Positions 1 to 10,654 are shown, numbered from the stretch's first letter. The stretch is 32,000 nt of DNA from Caedibacter taeniospiralis (GCF_002803295.2 NZ_PGGB02000006.1:196-32195); one strand, 5' to 3'. Notes: a model not told the origin generated them from the letters alone. Made by a program: numbers and translations.

Positions 1-51
1 GCCAAAGAAAATCATCGCTTCATTGCGGCTGATATTTAGGCGAAATATTTC

Positions 52-1041
52 TCAGGCTGAGGAAAGGCGATATTTAGGTGTCATGTAGTGTGGTTGACGA
101 CATAAGCGATAACCAACCCTTAATTTAGATGAATATCTAAACAACTTTTCTAGTTCTTGGCGATCTTCTTTGGATACTAATTCTATATTTCTACGTAGGA
201 TTAATATGGCAAGTTTTAGCTCTTTATAACGCTCATCACTTAATTTTTTACGCAACCTAGCAAGCTCTGATTTGCGTATATCAACAAGGCATTGTCTATA
301 CTTTTTAGCAACATGAAATCGATCAACTATTACTGGAACTCTCCTTAAAGCCTCCAGAGAAGCATTAATATAACTTTCGTTCATATCACAACAAGTACCT
401 TCAATTGTAGGTTTCAATCTCGATGGAATTTGCTTCAAGAATGCTTTAACTGTCGCTTTTTCTCGACTTTTGAGCACAGCAATAATGCGCACTTTATCAT
501 TGAAGCGAGAGGTAATAATAGTTAGGTAATCACTGTATCCTTTTCTAATTGCAACTTCATCAATGCCAATTAATCCAAGTCTTGTGTAGTTGCTCCAGTC
601 AGCTTTTTTGGATACATTGGCTTCAAGGATGCGACCAATGGTGTCGGCACTTATATTTTCTTTGATAGCTACATCCTCCAATGTAGTATTGACCAACAAT
701 AGCATCAGATAATCTAAATAAGCCTTGGTGTATCTGCTTTTATAGTCATACCAGCTTAGACGCTGGTTTGTAGTTGGGTGTTCATCACAACTTTCGCATA
801 TACCTCGTTTGGCTTTTATGCGCAAATAACACTCATATCCATTCATTGGCAAATGACGAATCTCACGCATCTCTGCACACCCATTTGAGGTAGTAGGTCC
901 GTTGCATATCCGACACTTTACCTCATCAGTTGTACTTTCAACATCAATATAAATTTTATTACCAACTATTTTATAACCAGTAACTTGAGTGTCAGGAAGG
1001 TTGAGTAAATCATTCAAAAATTGATGCATTTTAGTAAGCAC
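52..1041 (-). pseudogene. ISL3-family transposase, probably truncated or frameshifted at the C-terminus
   Basis: The 329-aa ORF has an N-terminal Cys pair region (CRICNGPT...C), the ISL3-like segment 'RLGLIGIDEVAIRKGYSDYLTIITS' and 'VIVDRFHVAKKY'. It ends abruptly after 'YRLCRQPHYMTPKYRLSSA', without the C-terminal DDE glutamate region usual in about 400-aa ISL3 transposases. Confidence 0.8.
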
Positions 1042-1328
1042 ATAAAAATATTCAATTCCTTCATTTTACTGGCTTAAACACTCTTTTTCAACACCACATT
1101 TATTGCGGGAGAACCCCCTTTTGTGCAACTTCTATTTTAAAAAATGCTTGCAAGTGCATGAGTAAAGGTTGTAAGGTATCCATTGATAAGCCGCCACTGA
1201 GTTGATTTTTGCAGCCCTAAGATGCAGGGATAGTCTGCGGTTTGCAGCTCATCAGTAGCAAATGCTTATAAAATTTGGGAAAGTTAAGTTATCAATATTG
1301 ACCATGTTTACATGGAATACTGGAAACT

Positions 1329-1496
1329 ATGAATAAAGAGTATGCAAAACAGATAATTAATCAAGCCACGCCTACTTTCATTGGTCAACAGTTAGTAAAT
1401 GCAAACACCGTGGCAGATACATTTAGGACTTACTATACAGTAGTAGCCGCCAATCAAAAGAAAACAAATGCACCAAATTACGCCTATGGACATTAA
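1329..1496 (+). CDS. Small hypothetical protein (55 aa), overlapping the start of the radical SAM gene
   Basis: Read directly: ATG at 1329 to TAA at 1494-1496, MNKEYAKQIINQATPTFIGQQLVNANTVADTFRTYYTVVAANQKKTNAPNYAYGH. It is below the length cutoff of the supplied track. Its stop overlaps the N-terminal codons of the next gene (ATG 1468 or 1486). Confidence 0.4.
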   Translation: MNKEYAKQIINQATPTFIGQQLVNANTVADTFRTYYTVVAANQKKTNAPNYAYGH

Positions 1497-2334
1497 AGAA
1501 ATTCGGGCTAAATCGATTGTCACAAAATCCAAATTGCCAGGCGCTGATTACGTCATCAATCCTTACGTAGGCTGTCAATTTGCCTGCACCTATTGTTATG
1601 CCAGTTTTATGGGGCGCTTTGTCAATGAACCTCTGGAAAATTGGGGGAATTATCTTTACGTCAAAATTAATGCAGTGGAATTATTTAGGTCAGAATACAA
1701 ACAACTTAAATCGATTGATAACCACCCACCAAGGCTTATGTTAAGTTCCGTGACAGATTGTTATCAAGGAGCTGAAAAACAATATGAATTGACGCGTGGT
1801 ATCTTAGCTCACTGCAATGAACAGCAATTTTCTGGTTTGATTAGTATATTGACCAAATCACCATTGGTACTTCGTGATGTGGATATTTTGAAAAATCTGC
1901 CTAATGTTGAAGTGGGTCTCACGGTCACATCGACAGAAGATAAAATCAGTCGCTTTTTAGAAATACACGCGCCTAGTGCAAAACGGCGATTTGATACCTT
2001 AGCCAAACTGAATGAGCAAGGCATTCAGACTTACGCCTTCATCGGACCACTCTTGCCTCACTTTCGATATGACGCAAAAAGTCTGGGTGAATTTATAAGC
2101 GCGTTGGCTGATACAGGCGTCAAAGCCGTCTACGTAGAACACATGAATTTAAAATCCTATATTCTTAAACGCGTGAATCCACAGCTTGCCGACAGTACAC
2201 CAGAAATACAGGGGTTATATAAACAAGCTAAACTTCAGCCACATCGAGACGCATTGCAGCAAATGATTCTACCTTTATTGGACAAGCATGGCTTACAACT
2301 TAAACTGAATGAAGTGATCTACCATCAAGCATAA
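1468..2334 (+). CDS. SPL-family radical SAM protein (spore photoproduct lyase-like)
   Basis: 'NPYVGCQFACTYCYASFMGRF' contains the radical SAM CxxxCxxC motif; the following 'SSVTDCYQGAEKQYELTRGILAHC' and 'LSILTKSPLVLRDVDIL' are typical of SPL/Rv2578c-like radical SAM proteins. The start may be ATG 1486. Confidence 0.85.
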   Translation: MHQITPMDIKEIRAKSIVTKSKLPGADYVINPYVGCQFACTYCYASFMGRFVNEPLENWGNYLYVKINAVELFRSEYKQLKSIDNHPPRLMLSSVTDCYQGAEKQYELTRGILAHCNEQQFSGLISILTKSPLVLRDVDILKNLPNVEVGLTVTSTEDKISRFLEIHAPSAKRRFDTLAKLNEQGIQTYAFIGPLLPHFRYDAKSLGEFISALADTGVKAVYVEHMNLKSYILKRVNPQLADSTPEIQGLYKQAKLQPHRDALQQMILPLLDKHGLQLKLNEVIYHQA

Positions 2335-2612
2335 AGTGGATCCATTTTTTTAAACGTTGCACTTTCTGCTTTGTCTCCATTGAAGTATGCCCGTATTTTA
2401 CAATGTCCAAAATTATCCGCGGCATGATTCATAAACATTTTGGCTTTATCACTACTTAATATTTCTTTCATGGATTGATCAACCAGATTACCCAACACCA
2501 TCGATAAGAAACGCAGAAGAGTTGATAAAAATTCAGATGACAATATGGCTAAAATAGCTGTAATTCCTGACCTTAACCAAAGATTACCTCAACAGATTTC
2601 AGCCAGGATTAA

Positions 2613-2872
2613 TCAAAAACAGCTAAAGTCGAGTTTAATTGTAAAGGGTAAATTATGCAACCAGATAATCAATAATTCCCCTGGCTCTACGCCAGAACGA
2701 ATAATAGCAAGCCCCTCCTTACTGATGGCATCAATCACGATATGACGCTTATCCACTTTATTACCTTTGCTGATGAACAGATAAAAGCCATTGTCATCAC
2801 TTTTGATATAGTTCTGATCAACAGTAATGACCGATCTCTCAGGATCGATGATCTGAGTAGGACCCTTGAAAT
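2613..2872 (-). pseudogene. C-terminal remnant of an RND efflux periplasmic adaptor (HlyD/MFP family)
   Basis: Hand translation of the minus strand (open from 2876 to the TGA at 2613-2615) gives 'INFKGPTQIIDPERSVITVDQNYIKSDDNGFYLFISKGNKVDKRHIVIDAISKEGLAIIRSGVEPGELLIIWLHNLPFTIKLDFSCF*'. This matches the usual MFP C-terminal layout (V...DxxGxYVFV...NKVxxRxVxxG...I.SGLxPGE.VI). No start codon or N-terminal domain is present. Confidence 0.55.
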
Positions 2873-5641
2873 TTATGCAAGCAATGCTTCCAATTTCTCA
2901 AACTGCGCCATTAGTTTGCTTTGTACCATCTGGTACTCCTGAAGCTTTTCCTTTTCTTTAAGCACCACATCTTCTGGCGCATTAGCGACAAATTTTTCAT
3001 TCGTCAACTTACTCATCAAACGTGAAATTTCTTTCTCTAGCTTTTCCTGCTCTTTTTTAAGGCGCGCCTGTTCGGCTGATACATCGATGAGTCCAGCTAA
3101 AGGAATATGCAACTCCATGCTGTCAACCAGACTTGTCGCTGACATCGGTACCTCATCGCTCACCATAATGTCAGAAACTTTTGCCATAGACTCTATAAGT
3201 GATTTTGTCGCTTCGAGTTTTATCAACTCATCGGTAGTTGCATTTTTAATATAAAGCGGAATACTTAAACCTGGCTTGATATTCATCTCAGATCGTATTG
3301 TACGGATGGTAACAATGACTTTTTTGAGCCACTCAACTTCGCTTGCTGCCTTTTCATTGACAAGATTTTCATCAAATAACGGAAATGAACTCACCATAAT
3401 CGAGGTTGACTCATCTAGAGTGAACCCTTTGACCTGAGTAAATATTTCCTCGGTAATAAACGGAATAATCGGATGCGCTATGCGCAGTATTCTATCCAGC
3501 ACACTGACCAGGGTATATTGCACAGCATGCCTGCGTGCCAGGGTAATGTCAGCATCACCAAGTGTTGCCTTGGCAAACTCAAGATACCAGTCACAATATT
3601 GATTCCAGACAAATTCATAAATGCTTTGCGCCAACAAATCAAAACGATAATTGGCAATATGTTTATGCACTTCAGCCACTATATTATTTAGTTCATGCCA
3701 GATCCACTGCTCCGCTGCCCCCATTTCATATTGATTACTTTCTCGATGGTAGCCATCTAGATTCATCATCACAAAGCGTGAGGCATTCCATAGTTTATTA
3801 CAAAAATTGCGATAACCTTCCATGCGCGATACATCAAAACAAATATCGCGAGAAGTGGAAGCCAATGCAGTAAAGGTAAAACGTAGTGCATCCGTCCCAT
3901 AAGCTTCAATGCCTTCAGGGAAATGTTTGCGCGTTTGTTTTTCCACTCTGGTCTTCATTTGCGGCTGCATTAAACTTTGTGTTCTTTTAGCCACCAAATC
4001 CTGAAGTGTGATACCATCGATCAAATCCACAGGATCAAGTACATTTCCCTTGGACTTAGACATTTTTTGTCCTTCTGCATCACGAATAAGTCCCGTAATA
4101 TAAATGTCTTTAAAGGGGATTTCTTTCATAAAATAAAGCCCAAACATCATCATGCGGGCAACCCAGAAAAAGATAATATCAAACCCGGTAACAAGCACAC
4201 TCGTGGGATAATATTTTTTAAGTTCTGCCGTTTTATGCGGCCAGCCTAAGGTTGAAAATGGCCAAAGTGCCGCAGAAAACCAGGTGTCAAAAACATCTTC
4301 ATCCTGATGCAGTTTTAGTCCCAAAGATAGCCCATATTTCGCGCGCACATCGACTTCTGATTCCCCGACATAGATATTTCCATTATCATCATACCAGGCG
4401 GGAATGCGATGCCCCCACCACAACTGACGGGAAATGCACCAGTCCTGTAAATCACGCATCCATGAATAATACGTATTTTTCCAGTTATCGGGAACAAAAC
4501 GGACCGCACCATTTTCCACGACTTCAAGCGCAGCCTTTCCCAGTTCACTTGCCTTAACAAACCATTGTTTGGTTAAGTAGGGCTCAAGAATAACCCCTGT
4601 TCTATCTCCCCTGGGCACTTTTAACGTATGCGGCTCCACCTTAATCAATAAACCTTGTTGCTCCATATCAAGAACGACTTGCTTACGCGCCTCAAAACGA
4701 TCTAACCCCTGGTAGTTTTGAGGGGCATTGTGATTCATTTTCGCTTCATCCGTTAAAATATTAATCATGGCTAGATTATGGCGTTTACCAATTTCATAGT
4801 CATTAAAGTCATGCGCGGGCGTGATTTTCACGCACCCTGTACCAAATAACATATCCACATAATCATCGGCAATAATCGGAATTTCGCGTTCCGTTAATGG
4901 CAGTTTTACCATTTTACCAATCAGGTCTTTATAACGCTCATCGTCAGGATTAACGGCAACAGCAACGTCTCCCAGCATCGTTTCGGGTCTCGTTGTCGCA
5001 ATCTCAATCTGCCCATTGCCATCGACAAGTGGATAGGCAAAATGCCATAAAAAACCTTTCTCTTCTTCTTGCACAACCTCTAAATCCGACACGGCAGTCA
5101 GTAGCACAGGATCCCAGTTGACCAGACGTTCACCGCGATAGATTAACCCATCTTCATAAAGTTTAATAAAACAGGTTTTCACTGCTTGCGATAGACCATC
5201 GTCCATGGTGAAGCGCTCGCGTGACCAATCACAAGACACACCCAAGCGGCGCATTTGTTTGCCAATTGAGCCACCAGAATATTCCTTCCACTGCCAGATT
5301 TTCTCAACAAATTTTTCACGTCCCAAATCGTGGCGTGTAATACCTTCGGCATGTAAATTTCTCTCAACGACCATTTGTGTCGCAATGCCTGCGTGATCTG
5401 TCCCTGGTTGCCATAGGGCATCACGACCCATCATGCGATGGTATCTCGTTAATAGATCCATTAGAGTATGTTGAAAACCATGTCCCATATGCAAAGTACC
5501 CGTGATATTGGGTGGCGGCAACATAATCGTGTAAGGAGTGACAGTGGTTTGCCCGCATCTAAATAAGCCTTTTTTCTCCCACTGCTCATAACATTGCTGT
5601 TCAAGTAACTTAGGATCATAATTTCTTTGCATTTCTGACAT
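2873..5641 (-). CDS. valS: Valine--tRNA ligase
   Basis: Full-length class Ia synthetase: 'PPPNITGTLHMGHGFQ' (HIGH-like), 'KMSKSKGNVLDPVDLIDGI' (KMSKS), anticodon-binding domain and a C-terminal coiled coil. The track ORF begins at 5689, but MSEMQRNYDPKLLEQQ (5641) is the likely start. Confidence 0.97.
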   Translation of the reverse strand: MSEMQRNYDPKLLEQQCYEQWEKKGLFRCGQTTVTPYTIMLPPPNITGTLHMGHGFQHTLMDLLTRYHRMMGRDALWQPGTDHAGIATQMVVERNLHAEGITRHDLGREKFVEKIWQWKEYSGGSIGKQMRRLGVSCDWSRERFTMDDGLSQAVKTCFIKLYEDGLIYRGERLVNWDPVLLTAVSDLEVVQEEEKGFLWHFAYPLVDGNGQIEIATTRPETMLGDVAVAVNPDDERYKDLIGKMVKLPLTEREIPIIADDYVDMLFGTGCVKITPAHDFNDYEIGKRHNLAMINILTDEAKMNHNAPQNYQGLDRFEARKQVVLDMEQQGLLIKVEPHTLKVPRGDRTGVILEPYLTKQWFVKASELGKAALEVVENGAVRFVPDNWKNTYYSWMRDLQDWCISRQLWWGHRIPAWYDDNGNIYVGESEVDVRAKYGLSLGLKLHQDEDVFDTWFSAALWPFSTLGWPHKTAELKKYYPTSVLVTGFDIIFFWVARMMMFGLYFMKEIPFKDIYITGLIRDAEGQKMSKSKGNVLDPVDLIDGITLQDLVAKRTQSLMQPQMKTRVEKQTRKHFPEGIEAYGTDALRFTFTALASTSRDICFDVSRMEGYRNFCNKLWNASRFVMMNLDGYHRESNQYEMGAAEQWIWHELNNIVAEVHKHIANYRFDLLAQSIYEFVWNQYCDWYLEFAKATLGDADITLARRHAVQYTLVSVLDRILRIAHPIIPFITEEIFTQVKGFTLDESTSIMVSSFPLFDENLVNEKAASEVEWLKKVIVTIRTIRSEMNIKPGLSIPLYIKNATTDELIKLEATKSLIESMAKVSDIMVSDEVPMSATSLVDSMELHIPLAGLIDVSAEQARLKKEQEKLEKEISRLMSKLTNEKFVANAPEDVVLKEKEKLQEYQMVQSKLMAQFEKLEALLA

Positions 5642-5886
5642 GTAAAACGCCTTATCCTTAAATAGCCAAATCGAAAGTGAAGGTCGCATTTTATCACAGC
5701 GAGCAGGATTAAGTTCAAGGAAATTTTATTAAAAATTAAGGCTTAGACAAAATTTCGTCCTCCTGATCTCAACCTAAGTTATTTTACAGATTTCTAGCCA
5801 AGCCCATTCATTTTTTGCTACAATCGCCTGCGTTACAGAAAGTGCGTAACTCCAGTAACTTAAAAAAACACTAAGGACCTCTTACA

Positions 5887-7566
5887 ATGTCTGAACAATA
5901 TATTTATTCGATGCACCGAGTCGGCAAAGTAGTGCCGCCTAATCGCTATATTCTAAAAGATATTTCACTGTCATTTTTTGATGGTGCAAAAATTGGCGTG
6001 TTAGGTTTAAATGGCTCTGGTAAGTCGACACTTTTGCGCATTATGGCGGGACTTGATACCGAGATTATTGGTGAAGCAGCACCACGCAAAGGAATTAAAA
6101 TCGCTTATTTGCCACAGGAGCCACAGCTTGACCCAAGCAAAGATGTCAAGGGCAATGTTGAAGAAGCCGTGGCTGATCTAAAGGCATTGGTGGTCCGTTT
6201 TGACGAGATCAGCATGAAATTCTGCGAGCCCATGTCTGATGATGAGATGAATAAACTCCTAGCTGAGCAGGGTGAGTTACAGAATAAAATTGATACCGCT
6301 GGTGCCTGGGAGATTGATCGCAAACTTGAGATTGCGGCTGACGCTTTGCGCTTACCCCCATGGGATGCTGACGTGTCAAAGCTTTCAGGAGGCGAGGTGC
6401 GTCGTGTTGCTTTATGCAAATTGCTCTTATCTTCTCCCGATATTCTACTTTTGGATGAGCCCACCAACCACTTGGATGCTGAAAGTGTTGCCTGGCTTGA
6501 GCGCTTCTTACAGGAATACAAGGGAACTGTCGTTGCGATCACCCATGATCGTTATTTCTTAGATAACGTAGCCGAGTGGATACTTGAACTTGATCGCGGT
6601 GAAGGTATTCCGTTTAAGGGGAATTACTCAAGCTGGCTAGAGCAAAAAGAAGCACGTCTTGCTCAAGAAGAGAAAAAACAAACTGCTCACCGAAAAGCGC
6701 TACAACAAGAGCTTGAATGGGTGCGTCAAAACGCCAAGGGTCGTCAAGCCAAGTCAAAAGCACGTCTGGCACGCTTTGATGAGTTAAGTTCACAAGAATT
6801 CCAGGAGCGCAATGCCACCCAAGATTTATACATCCCGCCAGGACCGCGCTTGGGCAATAAAGTCATCAATATTCAAAAAATCAGCAAGGGATTTGGCGAT
6901 AGATTGCTCATTAACGGCTTAGATTTTGAAGTACCCGTGGGTTCTATTGTCGGGATTATTGGTCCAAATGGCGCAGGTAAGTCCACCTTTTTTAAGATGA
7001 TTTCTGGTATTGAAACGCCTGACGCTGGCGATATCGAGTTTGGTGAAACCGTTGAACTTGCTTACGTCAATCAGTCACGTGATGCCTTAGATGGCAATAA
7101 AACCGTGTGGGAAGAAATCTCTGATGGTCTTGACGTCATTACAGTCGGCAAATATACCATTCCATCGCGTCAATATGTTGGACGCTTTAACTTCAAGGGA
7201 ACCGATCAGCAGAAATTTATTCATCAGTTATCAGGAGGGGAACGCAATCGCGTGCATTTAGCCAAGCTCTTACGTAAGGGTGGCAATGTGATTTTACTTG
7301 ATGAACCTACCAATGATCTCGATGTTGAGACATTACGCGCACTTGAAGAAGCCATCTTGACTTTCCCTGGTTCCATTATGATCATCTCACATGATCGCTG
7401 GTTCCTGGATCGCGTTGCAACACATATTCTTGCCTTTGAGGGGGAAAGTAATGTTGTATGGTTTGAGGGTAACTACGAAGCTTACATTGAAGATAAGAAA
7501 AAACGTCTAGGCGATGATTCTGTCGATCCTCATCGCATTAAATATAAAAAAATCACAGCAAAATGA
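5887..7566 (+). CDS. ettA: Energy-dependent translational throttle protein EttA (ABC-F)
   Basis: '[49 protein letters not shown]', two Walker A/ABC signature sets, '[16 protein letters not shown]' and '[15 protein letters not shown]'; near-collinear with EttA over its full length. Confidence 0.97.
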   Translation: MSEQYIYSMHRVGKVVPPNRYILKDISLSFFDGAKIGVLGLNGSGKSTLLRIMAGLDTEIIGEAAPRKGIKIAYLPQEPQLDPSKDVKGNVEEAVADLKALVVRFDEISMKFCEPMSDDEMNKLLAEQGELQNKIDTAGAWEIDRKLEIAADALRLPPWDADVSKLSGGEVRRVALCKLLLSSPDILLLDEPTNHLDAESVAWLERFLQEYKGTVVAITHDRYFLDNVAEWILELDRGEGIPFKGNYSSWLEQKEARLAQEEKKQTAHRKALQQELEWVRQNAKGRQAKSKARLARFDELSSQEFQERNATQDLYIPPGPRLGNKVINIQKISKGFGDRLLINGLDFEVPVGSIVGIIGPNGAGKSTFFKMISGIETPDAGDIEFGETVELAYVNQSRDALDGNKTVWEEISDGLDVITVGKYTIPSRQYVGRFNFKGTDQQKFIHQLSGGERNRVHLAKLLRKGGNVILLDEPTNDLDVETLRALEEAILTFPGSIMIISHDRWFLDRVATHILAFEGESNVVWFEGNYEAYIEDKKKRLGDDSVDPHRIKYKKITAK

Positions 7567-7762
7567 GCGCCAGCAGACTCCGCCAAGGGCTGCTATTACC
7601 GCAGTTCAATCTTTCAAAATCCCCACGAACTTCTTCCCCATAAAACCTGTAAAATGATTTACGATGGGTATAGCGATAAATAGAAATATGCGCAATTTTC
7701 TAGTAAGTCATTTAGGCTTTAGGTAGGATGATTAGCAGTTTTATCTAAGTTCTATTTCAGCG

Positions 7763-8647
7763 ATGAAAAATGAGAAAAAAGCACTAATAGCATTACTGAT
7801 CACCGTGATTTTGTGGGCGTCTGCTTTTGTTGGCATACGCTATGTGATGGAGGTGTTTACTGCAGGAGGGTTGGCATTATCACGTTATTTTGTGGCATCT
7901 GTCGCAGTCATTGTGCCATTTGTGCTGGTAAAAAATAAAAAAATGCCTCAAATAAAGGATCTAATCCTATTTGCCATATTGGGTTTCTTTGGGTTTTTCA
8001 GCTATAACGTGCTGCTTAATGAGGGCGAGAAGACGGTGAGCGCTGGCTTGGCGAACTTCATTGTAGCTCAGCTGCCCATTATCGTCGCTATTTTGGCAAT
8101 AGTCTTTTTTAAGGAGCGGATTAATCGTTATGGGGTGCTGGGCTTTATTGTTAGTCTGTCAGGCATTCTTGTGATTTTGTTATCAAGTGAGCACGACGCA
8201 CAGCACACTGGAATTCTTTTGGTGTATGGAGCGACATTTGCAAACGCTACATATTCATGTATGCAGAAAAAACTGTTATCACGTTACCATCCAATTGAGG
8301 TAGTAAGCTACTGTATATGGTTTGGGACACTCGCGCTGATGCTTTATTTACCTGAAGCTCTAAGCAAAATCACCATAGCGGACTGGTCGCATTTATTAGT
8401 GATTATCTATATGGGTATTTTTCCTGGTGCAATTGCTTATTTATTATGGGGCTATGCGTTTAAATACATCAAAGCAACAGCCGCCTCAAGCGCTTTGTAT
8501 ATGGTGCCTATTTTCACCCTGATATTGGCAGCTGTTTTTTTAGCAGAAATCCCCAATGTGGGGGCGGTTATCGGTGGGATCATTGCTGTAATAGGCTCCC
8601 TTGTGATTAGTCGTTACGGGGTTTGTGTGCCGCGAAAAAATCAATGA
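7763..8647 (+). CDS. EamA/DMT-family transporter
   Basis: 294 aa, about 10 hydrophobic segments, 'VILWASAFVGIRYVMEVFTAGGLALSRYF' and a duplicated EamA repeat ('GIFPGAIAYLLWGYAFKYIKATAASSALYMVPIFTLILAAVFLAE'). Confidence 0.9.
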   Translation: MKNEKKALIALLITVILWASAFVGIRYVMEVFTAGGLALSRYFVASVAVIVPFVLVKNKKMPQIKDLILFAILGFFGFFSYNVLLNEGEKTVSAGLANFIVAQLPIIVAILAIVFFKERINRYGVLGFIVSLSGILVILLSSEHDAQHTGILLVYGATFANATYSCMQKKLLSRYHPIEVVSYCIWFGTLALMLYLPEALSKITIADWSHLLVIIYMGIFPGAIAYLLWGYAFKYIKATAASSALYMVPIFTLILAAVFLAEIPNVGAVIGGIIAVIGSLVISRYGVCVPRKNQ

Positions 8648-8730
8648 ATCAGGTGCAAATCCTTGTGTTTAAAATGATGATTTGGAACAATAGCCCGCAT
8701 GAGTGGACAGTTAAACGATAGCTTACGACG

Positions 8731-9198
8731 ATGATGCAGCAGAAAATGGGGTTAAAAGGACGGATTCTGCATATGCTTTTATTTGAATTTGTGGCACTTG
8801 TGATCGTTATCCCCCTGTCATACTTTGTACTCAATAAAAATTCTGTATCCTTAGGTATTCTCGCGGTTATTCTCGCCATTGCGGCTATGCTGTGGAATTT
8901 TATCTATAACTGGCTGTTTGATATAGTTGAAAACAAGTTAGGAGGTATACGTTTCAAGCGTAACCTTTGGCTTAGGACCGTACATGCTTTGTTGTTTGAG
9001 TTAAGCCTTTGTTTGGTAAGCGTGCCATTTGTGATCATGTTGTTACATTTGCCCTTTTTGGCGGCGTTTACGGTGAACCTGGGTTTTATATTCTTTTACT
9101 TGTGCTATGCGCTTGTTTTTAATTATATTTACGATCAGATTTATGTGAAATATTTAAATCTTCAATTCAAGAAAAATAAGGGACTTAAGAATGGTTAA
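8731..9198 (+). CDS. PACE-family (AceI-like) small multidrug/chlorhexidine efflux transporter
   Basis: About 150 aa, 4 TM segments, tandem bacterial transmembrane pair layout with 'RILHMLLFEFVAL...WNFIYNWLFDI' and 'RTVHALLFELSLC...YALVFNYIYDQIY'. Confidence 0.85.
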   Translation: MMQQKMGLKGRILHMLLFEFVALVIVIPLSYFVLNKNSVSLGILAVILAIAAMLWNFIYNWLFDIVENKLGGIRFKRNLWLRTVHALLFELSLCLVSVPFVIMLLHLPFLAAFTVNLGFIFFYLCYALVFNYIYDQIYVKYLNLQFKKNKGLKNG

Positions 9199-10051
9199 CG
9201 CGCAAATTTGTTTTTTGGGTGGCGGCAATATGGCAATGAGCATTATTGCAGGTTTAGTGAGTGATGGTGTTTCGCCAAAATCAATCACTGTGGTTGATAG
9301 ACATCAGGAAAAGTTAGAGAGTTTAAATCAACTTTTTCACGTGAAAACAACTGTAGATCTGACAAGTGCGGTTAAAGCTGCAGATATTCTCATACTTTGC
9401 GTTAAGCCTCAGTCGCTAAAAGAGCTTATTTTGTCGATCAAGAGTGAACTAAACAGGCAAAGCAAGCCCTTATTTGTCTCGATCGTGGCAGGCATTACGC
9501 TCGCGCAAATTAAAAATTGGCTAGTGAGTGATTATGCCCTTGTCAGAGCGATGCCAAACACCCCAAGTCTTATTGGTTGCGGCGCTAGTGCGCTCTTTGC
9601 CAATGAGCATGTATCGCGCCAGCAAAAAGAAATGGCAGAGCAAATTATGCGTAAAGTAGGCGTAGTGACTTGGGTTCAGGAGGAGTCTTTAATCGATGTG
9701 GCAACTGCTATTTCAGGTTCAGGTCCTGCGTATTTCTTTTTGATGATGGAACATATGATTGATGCAGCAATCAACCTTGGATTGACCGAAAAACAGGCGA
9801 TCTTGCTGGTGACACAAACAGCTTTTGGCGCAAGTAAAATGGCATTAGAAAGTGTACACACTCTTTCAAGCTTGAGGCAAAAGGTGACTTCAAAAGGCGG
9901 GGTTACTGCGGCAGCATTAAAAGCATTTGCCGAAACGGGCTTTAAAGAAAGTATTCAACAGGCGATCGAACAAAATCTGTTGCGCTCGCACGAGCTTGCC
10001 CAGCAGTTTGGCAGTGTACTTACTCATGATGGACAAAAGGATAAAGTATGA
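9191..10051 (+). CDS. proC: Pyrroline-5-carboxylate reductase
   Basis: 'FLGGGNMAMSIIAGLV' NAD(P)-binding motif, 'AMPNTPSLIGCGASAL', 'AISGSGPAYFFLMMEHMIDAAINLGL', and 'VTSKGGVTAAALKAF'. Confidence 0.95.
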   Translation: MVNAQICFLGGGNMAMSIIAGLVSDGVSPKSITVVDRHQEKLESLNQLFHVKTTVDLTSAVKAADILILCVKPQSLKELILSIKSELNRQSKPLFVSIVAGITLAQIKNWLVSDYALVRAMPNTPSLIGCGASALFANEHVSRQQKEMAEQIMRKVGVVTWVQEESLIDVATAISGSGPAYFFLMMEHMIDAAINLGLTEKQAILLVTQTAFGASKMALESVHTLSSLRQKVTSKGGVTAAALKAFAETGFKESIQQAIEQNLLRSHELAQQFGSVLTHDGQKDKV

Positions 10052-10605
10052 TTAACGCATTTAACAACGTCGGACTTTTTTTGATTGAAATTATTTTCAG
10101 TCTATTTGCTTATGCGCTGCTACTGCGCTTTTTTTTACAATGGGTGAAGGCAGACTTTTATAATCCGTTTTGTCAGCTGATTATGCGCATTACAAACCCC
10201 TTGTTAAAGCCATTGCGACGCGTCATTCCTGGATTTTTTGGTTTGGATTTTGCGGCTTTAGTGTTGGCATATGCCGTCGTGCTGCTACAGATTATATTAG
10301 TGCAAATCCTGGGTGTAAAAAGCATGTATGTTCCTTGGGGAGTGATTTGGTTTATTTCTTTAATTAAACTTATTCTCAATATTATCTGGATGTATATTAT
10401 TTTGATCTTTATTCGATCCATCGCAAGCTGGTTTAGCCAAGGCTCATACAATCCCACCTTGATTGCATTAAACCAACTAACTGACCCTTTGCTGCGTAAA
10501 GCGCAAAAAATTATTCCGCCAACGCAAAGCGGGATTGATTTCTCACCGATGCTGGTGTTGATCGTGCTCATTTGTTTACAGATATTTATTTCATCAATTT
10601 TTTAA
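10048..10605 (+). CDS. yggT: YggT family membrane protein
   Basis: Two YGGT repeats ('RFFLQWVKADFYNPFCQLIMRITNPLLKPLRRVIPGF' and 'QGSYNPTLIALNQLTDPLLRKAQKIIPPTQSGIDFSPMLVLI'); directly follows proC with an overlapping start, as is common. Confidence 0.9.
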   Translation: MINAFNNVGLFLIEIIFSLFAYALLLRFFLQWVKADFYNPFCQLIMRITNPLLKPLRRVIPGFFGLDFAALVLAYAVVLLQIILVQILGVKSMYVPWGVIWFISLIKLILNIIWMYIILIFIRSIASWFSQGSYNPTLIALNQLTDPLLRKAQKIIPPTQSGIDFSPMLVLIVLICLQIFISSIF

Positions 10606-10654
10606 GGTTTAGGCAAATTTCCCGCTCTCTATTGTGTATTTAGGCTCTGAAGAA

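Noticed and set aside
3473-4557. Several plus-strand ORFs of 72-103 aa inside the valS region
   Set aside because: They are antisense to strongly supported valS coding sequence and have no recognisable domain content.
5461-5718. 85-aa minus ORF overlapping the valS N-terminus
   Set aside because: Alternate frame within valS; no family similarity.
6105-6562. 145-aa minus ORF and 96-aa plus out-of-frame ORF inside ettA
   Set aside because: Overlap the conserved EttA frame; shadow ORFs.
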